Source of the DNA: an uncultured Methanosarcinaceae archaeon
GTDB lineage: Archaea > Halobacteriota > Methanosarcinia > Methanosarcinales > Methanosarcinaceae
NCBI GenBank assembly: GCA_963727895.1
Contig: CAVSHT010000006.1
Coordinates: forward strand, 44,767-108,766
Direction of reading: 5' to 3'
Length of the DNA stretch: 64,000 bases
Below the pieces are notes generated by a model that was not told the DNA's origin, searched no databases, and saw only the letters and a program-made list of their open reading frames with translations. Of the stretch, positions 56,003-64,000 are shown piece by piece; within the stretch, counting starts at the first letter, position 1; each line of letters starts with the position of its first letter. The position numbers and the translations under genes are program-made.

Positions 56003-56166
56003 AATGCGCATTATGTGGAAACGAGTTTGAGAAAGCGGACGAAACGAAGTGTACTGGCTGCGGAAAACTCCACAGCTGCAACAAGCAGTGCTGCCCAAAC
56101 TGTGGCTATGAACTTGTACAAGAAGCAAAGATTATTCAATCCATAAGGAAGTTTTTCAAATGGTAA
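55999..56166 (+). CDS. 55-aa Cys-rich small protein between feoB and feoA (absent from ORF track)
   Basis: MKCALCGNEFEKADETKCTGCGKLHSCNKQCCPNCGYELVQEAKIIQSIRKFFKW*; ATGA overlap with feoB stop, GGGGGT RBS, overlaps feoA start. Confidence 0.85.
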   Translation: MKCALCGNEFEKADETKCTGCGKLHSCNKQCCPNCGYELVQEAKIIQSIRKFFKW

Positions 56167-56411
56167 CCAAAAACTCACACTTTAACCTAAAGACTATAAC
56201 TCTCTGCGCAATGGAACCCAGAAAAACCGGAAAAATTGATCACCTTGAAACAAAGAACCCGGGTATTCTACAGAAGTTAATAGCTATGGGTGTCCTGCCT
56301 GGTATGCCCATTACTTTGCTCCGGCGTTCCCCTTCATATCTTTTTGAGGTTGACCAGACCAGATATGCTGTTGATAGGGAAATAGCAAACCATATTTATG
56401 TTAAATGTTAA
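56160..56411 (+). CDS. feoA: Ferrous iron transport protein A
   Basis: L.KL.AMGVLPG..I.LLR..P......V..TRYAV..EIA..I.V SH3-like pattern. Confidence 0.9.
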   Translation: MVTKNSHFNLKTITLCAMEPRKTGKIDHLETKNPGILQKLIAMGVLPGMPITLLRRSPSYLFEVDQTRYAVDREIANHIYVKC

Positions 56412-56499
56412 TTTTTCTGTCAATGAAGAAACAATGAAGGTTATGTAGGAGAGAAGGCCTGCCTGACTTTTTCCATTCATAAAAACTCTTCAATAGCCT

Positions 56500-57450
56500 T
56501 CATTTACGTTCTCCAAGGAAGATCATCATTCCTGCATGTGAAGCTTTTTTATAAATATCCTCCAGCATTTCAAGCAAATCCTCTTCTCCATGCCAGAAGG
56601 AAAATTTTCCAAGCCTTTTTGGAAGGACTGCTGGAGCTGGAGGGATATGGGCCTCAAGGGAAGAGTTTCTTTCCTTTTCATAATTTTCAGAAAGCTTGCC
56701 CCAGAAAGTTTCCGGATCAAGTGGTAGTGGCTCTGGAGAAAAAGGAGATGTTTCCATTTCTTTTTGGGCTCCGGTTTCGGTCCCGATCTCAACATTAGAA
56801 CCTTCGAGAAGATTTCTGGCTTCTGCAACAAGGTTCTGGTTTTCCGGGCATGAACCCTTTCCGAGAATGGACATAAAATCGTTCATATCTACTCCTCTTA
56901 GCTTAAAGATAAGGAAAGGGTCCCTGTCAAATTCTTCCCCGAGCAGGTAGTAGACGGCTGCAATATGCTTACAGGGGTTAGACCAATCCGGGCAGGAACA
57001 GTCGGTTTCAAGGTCGTCGAGCTTTTCAGGGAAAAGGGATAAGCCTATTTCCTTAAATGCAGAGTCAATATCTTCTGGCATCTCGTCTGCGAGGATCTTT
57101 GCTGCAAAAATGGGCTTCAAGGCGAGTCTTTCTGCAAGAAGTTCCCATTCGGAACCGTTCAGTGTACGGACTTTGATTGTTACCGAATAGGGCTTAGGAT
57201 TTGAACCCTGAACTTTAGCCCTTACAAGTCCTGTCTCTATTTTTATGGAAGTTACCTGGCCTTTACGGGCATAAGTTTTTCCGCGGGTTAACCTGGTTCC
57301 CAGGTTAAAGCTTTCAAGAGTTTTGATCCAGCGTTTTGCCCACCAGCTCTGGACAAAGCTCCCACGTTTGGATTTTGCTTTGATTCCACCTTTGACTTCA
57401 ATTGGCTTTGAGGGTTCATAATAACCATAGTCGTCCCAGTAAGCTGCCAT
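56500..57450 (-). CDS. SWIM zinc-finger protein (partner of SNF2 helicase)
   Basis: SWWAKRW, RL.RG.TYAR.GQV, A.VQGS...PY.V, CSCPDW..PCKHIAAV.Y, DPF..F..RG. Confidence 0.9.
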   Translation of the reverse strand: MAAYWDDYGYYEPSKPIEVKGGIKAKSKRGSFVQSWWAKRWIKTLESFNLGTRLTRGKTYARKGQVTSIKIETGLVRAKVQGSNPKPYSVTIKVRTLNGSEWELLAERLALKPIFAAKILADEMPEDIDSAFKEIGLSLFPEKLDDLETDCSCPDWSNPCKHIAAVYYLLGEEFDRDPFLIFKLRGVDMNDFMSILGKGSCPENQNLVAEARNLLEGSNVEIGTETGAQKEMETSPFSPEPLPLDPETFWGKLSENYEKERNSSLEAHIPPAPAVLPKRLGKFSFWHGEEDLLEMLEDIYKKASHAGMMIFLGERK

Positions 57451-57451
57451 T

Positions 57452-60400
57452 TTATTCACCTACCGCTTCTTCTCTAAGAGCAAAAATGTCCTTTAATTCA
57501 TTATTGGAAAGTTCTGTCAGCCAGGCTTCCCCTGTCCCGACAACATTCTCTGCGACCTGTACTTTACGTTCAATAATCTCATCTATTTTTTCTTCAAGCG
57601 TGCCCGCGCAGATGAACTTGTGAACCTCAACGTTCTTTGTCTGGCCTATACGGAATGTCCTGTCAGTTGCCTGGTTTTCAACAGCAGGGTTCCACCAGCG
57701 ATCGAAATGGAATACATGATTGGCTCCAGTAAGGTTAAGCTCCGTACCTCCGGCTTTAAGGGAGAGGACAAAAATCGGAAGGTACTCTTTTCCCTCCTGA
57801 AAACGCTCAAGCATCCGGTCCCGCTGCTTTCTGGGAACCCTGCCGTGAAGGAAAAGGACTTCACAGCCGAAGCTTGCCTGTAGTTGCTCTTTTAGCATTT
57901 TTCCCATCTCCGCAAACTGGGTGAAAACAAGGGCTTTTTCTCCGTTTTCCAGAACCACATCCAGCATTTCGGTAAGTCTTTCAAGTTTTCCTGACCGTCC
58001 GGAAATTTCAGAGTTGTCCTTCAAAAACTGTGCCGGATGGTTGCAGACCTGCTTGAGCCTGGAAAGGGCAGATAGGATTATTCCTTTTCTCTGAATGCCT
58101 TCCTCATCAGCTTCTTCCATTGCCTCTTCGATATCTTCGAGGACTGCAGCATAGAGTGAAGCCTGTTATTTTGTCAGCGTACAATAGGTCTTCATCTCCA
58201 TTTTTTCCGGTAGGTCAGATATAATTGAACTGTCAGTCTTCAGACGGCGCAGAATAAAGGGGGAAGTAATTTCTTTTAGCTTTCTTGCAGCTTCCTGATC
58301 TCTTTCAGCCTGAATAGGAATGAAGAAGTTCCGCCTGAAACCAGCCTGGCTTCCGAGGAAGCCTGGATTTAAAAACTCCATAATGGACCAGAGGTCTCCA
58401 ACGTTATTTTCAACTGGAGTTCCTGTTAGGGCTATACGGTAATCGGCTTCCAGAGCTCTGGCGGCTTTTGCCTGTTTAGTTTCAGGGTTTTTGATATTCT
58501 GGGCTTCGTCAAGTACAATTCCCGTTCAGGGAACCCTTTTTAAAAACTTAACATCCCGCTGCAAAAGTCCATAGCTTGAGATAACAATATTATAGTTCAT
58601 GGCTTCGTTTTTGAATTCCTCTTCTTTTTTCCGGCTTGTGCCGTGGTGTACCATTACCGAAAGTTCAGGAGTAAAGCGGGCAGCCTCTTTTTTCCAGTTA
58701 TTGATGACCGAAGTCGGACAGACCAGAAGAACCGGTCTTGTAGCTGCAGGTTTTAGGGCATTAGGAGCAATAGGAGCAATAAGAGCATTAGAATTGTTAG
58801 GGACGTTAATAGGATTTGCATATTCAAGTCCATCTGCCTCTTCTTCAACCTGCCCCAGATCATGCTGGATAAGAGCAAGTGTCTGTATGGTTTTTCCAAG
58901 CCCCATATCGTCTGCAAGGCAGGCTCCTATGCCTACTTGCCTCAAAAAAGCAAGCCAGGAGTAACCTCGAAACTGATAGGGACGAAGGGTTCCTGAAAAA
59001 CCATTGGGAGCTGGAAGTTCTTCAAATCCGGTTTTGTCCTTTAAGCGGCTGATTAATTCTCCAATCCATCCGGTTGCATTGATCCCTTCAAAGTCCATAC
59101 CTTCGGTTTTTTCTGAAGTGCCCAAAGCTAGCTTTAGAACCTCTCGAAGGCTTGCTTCTCCATGCGGGTTCTTCTTCCAGAACTCAAGAGAAGCCTTGAT
59201 TTCTGCATCGTTTACCTCTATCCACTGCCCGCGAACCTTAACAAGCGGAGCTTTGAGTTTTGCAAGAGTCCGCAACTCTTTGGCTGTTAAAACTCTGTCT
59301 CCAAGGGCGATTTCCCAGTCAAAGCTGATGATTTCGTCGAGTGTAAGCCCGTTTCCAGCCTGTAACTTTTTGCTTTTGACTTTTGCCTGGGCTTTTAAGT
59401 GGGTTTTTGTACCTTTCCGGGTCCACCAGCCAGGGAGAAGTAACCCAAATCCTGCCTGACTTAAGTTCACTGCACTTTCATTCAGAAAGCGGTAGGCGTC
59501 TTTCGTATCAAGGGAATATCCAGATGGGTTGGGAGCCTCAAGGCTGAAAGCGATTCCTGCGTTAATGCCGGCAGCCTGCCCAAGAGAAGATAACAGAAAC
59601 TGACGGATGTTTTTCGCATCATATTTTTTCAACGGACTGCCTTTTTTTGGCTTCCAGGCTTCTTTTACAGGAATCAGAAGGCTTGGGTCCTCGTAAGATT
59701 GAAGAAGGTAGCGGACGTACCACAGTCCTTTGGGAATTTCGATATCATCTATCTCTTCCCTGCTTCTTTTGTTTTCTTTGGTATCTTCTATTTCTTCTAT
59801 TTCTTCTATTTCTTCAGTTTTTTTGGCTTTTTCGGTTTCTTCGTCCTCAACTGGTTCTTCCAGCCGGAAACAGAACCTGAAAGGTGAAGTAGTAAGTATC
59901 GTAAGAGGACGCTGCCATTCACGAGCCCGAGCCTCAAGCTGAATAAGTTCAGTATCGTCTCCATAAATCAGCCCGTTCGGGCTTTTCAGAGCAGAAACCC
60001 AGGCATCATGAACGCTATCAAAGGATTTTCTTTTGCGCGTCTCTTTTGTGAACTCTTTTTCTCTTATCTCGGAGCGGACTATCCAATCAAGAGAAGATTC
60101 GAGAAACTGCCTTGTCACTAAAGCTGCGGATATTTCCGGCGGCCGGTCCAAAACTTCAGGAGCAAGAGCCCTTACAACAGGAGGCATTTGTTTTGCAAGT
60201 TTTGCCAGCTCTTCCGCATCTTCTCCGAAAAATACGGGTTCCCATAAAGCCTTGTATTCTCCACCCTCTTCCCTGACTCCAGGCAGGTATTTCTGGCCGG
60301 CGACAAGCGAACCTGCAAATTTCAGGGCATCGGTCCACCAGAGAAGCTCGTTTCCCTATATTATACCTGGGGCCAGAACCCGTTTTCCCATACAGGCACA

Positions 60401-60757
60401 GAGAAGAACAAGGGTTTCTTCAGCTTCAAGAGGATATGCATTAACAGTCCACGGAGCCAGTGAAAGTTCAGCTTTCTAATCAGGAATTTCAGCAATCAGA
60501 GAGCTGGAAAGAATCGGATTCCCGCCTATTGTCGGCACCCAGACGTTAATTTTGTCTTCCTCTTTCCGGCTAAGACTGCCCAGCAGCAACTCAAGGACAG
60601 AAGAAAGGTTTTCAAAACCAGAATCATACGGATAAGGCTTTGCCGACAGGATTTTAGGTTTTCTTCCTCGCCGAACAACCGGAATTTCCTTTTCAGTCGG
60701 GCTTTCCCCCCATAAGAGGAACTGTTTTCCAACCCTGCCTGCATGGAGAATTATCAT
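57452..60757 (-). pseudogene. SNF2-family helicase (DUF3670-type N-terminus) interrupted by four in-frame stop codons
   Basis: One frame of 1102 codons with TAG 60476-78, TAG 60356-58, TGA 58526-28, TAA 58166-68; [44 protein letters not shown] motifs. Confidence 0.92.
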
Positions 60758-61008
60758 ATGTTTGTATAAAGACGGAAGATATATTAAAAATGATATGGGA
60801 GAGGCTGTTTAAAGGCTATATTTCTTTTATAACGTAGACTCTAAAAAAGTTCTGGCTTATTATTGATGGGCTTTATTTGTAGGATTTTTGAAATTGAAAT
60901 ATTTCAGCAGTATAATATAGAACCAATTAAAAAATATAGAACCCATTGAAAATACCTCAACAGGTTGGAAACTTAAACTGATCAGGAACTGAGTTTAGGA
61001 GGAATTAT

Positions 61009-62881
61009 GTGTCAGTTTGTCCTACAAACTTTGATGAAAAAGTAGAATGTCCTTTTGTTGATAGGAAATAATTCATTGAAGCTTTTGAAAAAGCCATCCA
61101 GAACATAGACCAAAAAGATTACAGTATCCTGATCTATTATGGCGTCGCTGGAATTGGAAAAACCAGCCTTATAAAAGAACTTCCAACCTTGCTCAAAAAA
61201 CACAACGAATCGGACCGGCACCCTAGAATTATATGGACTTCAATAGACTTAGCCACCGAACAATACAGGCAGCCTTATAAGTTCTTTGAAGTTCTTTCCA
61301 GCCAGTTGCACCAGAAATACGGCATCAAATTCAACTCTTTTGATATTGCTCTTGCTACCTACTTGAAAAAAAATCAACCCCCACAGTCCCTTAGTAAAAG
61401 AAAATTACTCAGAAGACAGCATTGTTCGCGATGTTCTGGACATTTGCGACGAATTTGTTCCTGTAAACTTGATACCAAATGTGTATAGCCTTGCCACAAG
61501 TTTACCTGAACGTTATCAGAAATGGGTTCTAAAACGCAAAGAAGATATTTCCAGACTTCAGAATCTTGAACCAACAGAGATATACGAACAGTTGCCTGTT
61601 TACTTGGCCCATGACCTTGCTGATCACCTGCAGAACACTTCAGAATCCGCAGTCATTTTCATAGACACCTATGAAGCCCTCTGGGAAAAAGAAAGAGATA
61701 AAGGAAGTTTCAATCCCAGGGACAAATGGCTCAGAAAACTTATTGAAAATATACAAAAATCCTGTTTGTGGGTAATCTGTGGAAAAGAATCCCTTCGCTG
61801 GGAAGAAGTGGATGAGGACTGGAAAAATTACCTTGACCAACGTAAAATTGGGAAACTTCCCGAAAAAGATGCTCTTGATCTGTTAAAACGGTGCGGAATC
61901 ACTGAAGAGGATATCCAGAACGTACTCATTGAAAGCAGTGAAGGTGTGCCTTACTACCTTGAACTCTCCATCGATAGCTACAGAAAGATAAAGCAAAAAA
62001 AGCAGCCTACTCTGGAAAATTTTGCAAAGGTCCCAGAACGTATTTTCTGCAGGTTTGTCAAATACCTTGACAGGAACGAAAAAGAGACACTGAAAGTCTT
62101 ATCGGTTCCCATATACTGGAACCGTGAACTATTCAAAATCCTGGCCGAGAAATTTAATACCGGATATCCTTCAACCAGTTTTTCAGAGCTACATAGTTTC
62201 TCTTTTATGGACATTGACGATAAGGGAAAATGTTCCATGCATCAGCTTATGAGAAAAAGTTTGCAGGATTACCAGGATCTAGATTTGAAAAAAGAAGTTC
62301 ATAATTTCATGCTTTATTTCTACAGCAATCAGCTAAAAGATCTCGATATTAAAGCAATAAACCAAGAGAATGAAAATGCATTGACTGAAGCCTTCTATCA
62401 TGCAAAAGAAGTACTGGAAGCAGAGGAATTATGCGAATGGTTTGTTTCTGTATATGATCTCTTCGAAAGAGTCGCATTTTGGCAATTAATTACCCCTATG
62501 TATGAAGAAATACTGCGAATTCTTGAAGCAGAACTCGAACCTGAACACCCAGATGTTGCACAAACCCTAAACAATCTCGCATTACTCTATTATCAGATTG
62601 GAGATTACGATAAAGCACTTCCATTTTATCAAAGGTCACTTGACATTCGTGAGAAGGTTCTAGGACCTGAACACCCAGATGTTGCAACAACACTAAACGA
62701 TCTCGCAGGATTCTATAAAAACATAGGAGAATACGAAAAAGCATTCCCACTTTATCAAAGGGCAATGGAAATAGCCGAAAAAAATTTGGGACAAAATCAT
62801 CCCACTACAATGAAAATAAAAAACAATTATAATTTCCTTCTTTCAGATATGAGTGAAAAAATGAAGAAAAATGATTTTTGA
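61009..62881 (+). pseudogene. P-loop NTPase (STAND/AAA-like) with C-terminal TPR repeats; nonsense codon plus frameshift
   Basis: AGGAGG RBS, GTG 61009, FVDR, TAA 61069-71, Walker A GVAGIGKT, extra A in A8 61366-73, Walker B VIFIDTYE, G.PYYL, TPRs EHPDVA.TLN.LA. Confidence 0.82.
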
Positions 62882-62962
62882 AAGTACAATGTACAGTTTA
62901 GATCGCTACTTCTCTAAACTTATTTCTCTTATAAGAAGTCCATCTCCTAAAACTTATAAGGT

Positions 62963-63502
62963 TTATTCCCTTACATGCCTGACAATATGACCGGCTTCAG
63001 GAATTATAATCTCAGAAATTGCCAGTTTCACAGCATTTGGCGACCCTGGAAGGCAAAACACCGCTTTTCCTTTAATCACGCCTGCTACAGCTCTGGTAAG
63101 GATTACCGATGTTCCTATATCTTCAATACTTTTATACCTGAAAAGTTCTCCGAAGCCTGAGATTTCTTTTTCAAAAAGTGGGGTTACAGACTCGATTGTG
63201 ATATCTTTTGGTGCAAGCCCTGTGCCTCCGCTTGTAATAATAATATCTGCGGAGCTGTCAAGGGCAGTAAGGACTGCATCTGCGATTGATTTTTTGTCAT
63301 CGGAAACCAGCTTGTAGAAAGAAATTTTATGGCCAGCTGCTTCGAGAAGATCTTTCATATTTTTGCCTGAAATATCTTCAGCGTCCTCAGGTGAGATGGG
63401 ATTTCCGTATTTTTCATATCTTGAGCTAGAAATTGTGATTATGGCAAAAGAACAGAATTTTTTTGCTTCTTTTTTGTGAATTTCCGGTGTTGATTCTTTC
63501 AT
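62963..63502 (-). CDS. moaB: Molybdenum cofactor biosynthesis protein B (MogA/MoaB)
   Basis: IITIS.SR, D.SG, ITSGGTG..P.D.T.E, GFGE.FR, LPGSPNAV. Confidence 0.92.
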   Translation of the reverse strand: MKESTPEIHKKEAKKFCSFAIITISSSRYEKYGNPISPEDAEDISGKNMKDLLEAAGHKISFYKLVSDDKKSIADAVLTALDSSADIIITSGGTGLAPKDITIESVTPLFEKEISGFGELFRYKSIEDIGTSVILTRAVAGVIKGKAVFCLPGSPNAVKLAISEIIIPEAGHIVRHVRE

Positions 63503-63869
63503 GAAAATAACACTCTCTTTTTTTATTTAATACTCAGGGATCTTTAAAATTAATCAGAAATATTTGAAATCTCAGATCTTCAGAGTTTATAAGTTTTACT
63601 TCTACTTGCTTTCTGTTTTATCCTGAAATAATTTCACTTTGAATCCTTTTTCTTTCGTCCATTCTTTCAAAATCCAAACAGTATAATTTACATATAAAAC
63701 ACGAGATACATAACATGAGATATTTTTGAGATAAAACACTTCGTGTAGCTGGATACTTTGATAAAAAGTCAATGCAAAAAATAGGATTTATCTTTATTAA
63801 AACAGAAAGTTTAAACAAAAATTCAAACAGAAAATTAACAACTGATTTAATGAAAAATAATTGAAGAAT

Positions 63870-64000
63870 TTAGAGGATAATTTCTATATCCAATTCTTCT
63901 GCAAGTTCTTTGTATCTGTTTCGAATGGTAACTTCTGTAACCCCCGCCACATCTGCAACTTCTCTTTGAGTCCTTCGTTCACCACAGAGAATAGATGCAA
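63870..64000 (-). CDS. tfb: Transcription initiation factor IIB, C-terminal fragment (runs off window)
   Basis: [42 protein letters not shown]. Confidence 0.93.

Noticed and set aside
58526..58528. In-frame TGA as selenocysteine in the SNF2 gene
   Set aside because: Position fits the conserved Trp before the Walker B (W..IVLDEAQ); a later TAA also breaks the gene; Methanosarcina are not known to use Sec
60356..60478. Functional pyrrolysine-containing SNF2 helicase
   Set aside because: Even with both TAGs read through, the TGA and TAA stops and damaged motifs preclude a full-length enzyme

Overview
AT-rich archaeal chromosome segment. Gene content points to Methanosarcina (M. barkeri-like), by inference from an intact molybdenum formylmethanofuran dehydrogenase operon fmdEFACDB, archaeal-type MAT, purP, TFB and an intron-containing tRNA-Tyr. 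Core genes are intact: hisGAB, mat, map, leuD/leuB, purP, truA, trm11-like, alaS, feoB/feoA, moaB, tRNA-Tyr and tRNA-Asp. About a dozen accessory genes are broken by nonsense codons or homopolymer frameshifts. These include a whole modA-modB-modC-modD-like operon, a SNF2 helicase with four in-frame stops, a STAND-like NTPase-TPR gene, an Mrr-like nuclease and several surface proteins. There are three IS1-family copies and several ~75-130 bp inverted-repeat (MITE-like) elements. The most notable items not in the ORF track are: (i) a 55-aa, 8-cysteine ORF translationally coupled between feoB and feoA, under two DtxR-type TTAGG-N4-CCTAA boxes; (ii) a ModE-type palindrome before fmdE; (iii) a secreted basic coiled-coil protein with strict Tyr heptads, bracketed by inverted MITE copies; (iv) VNTRs ending on a start codon. 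No CRISPR array or rRNA was seen. All family calls come from motif recognition by eye; no database search was run.
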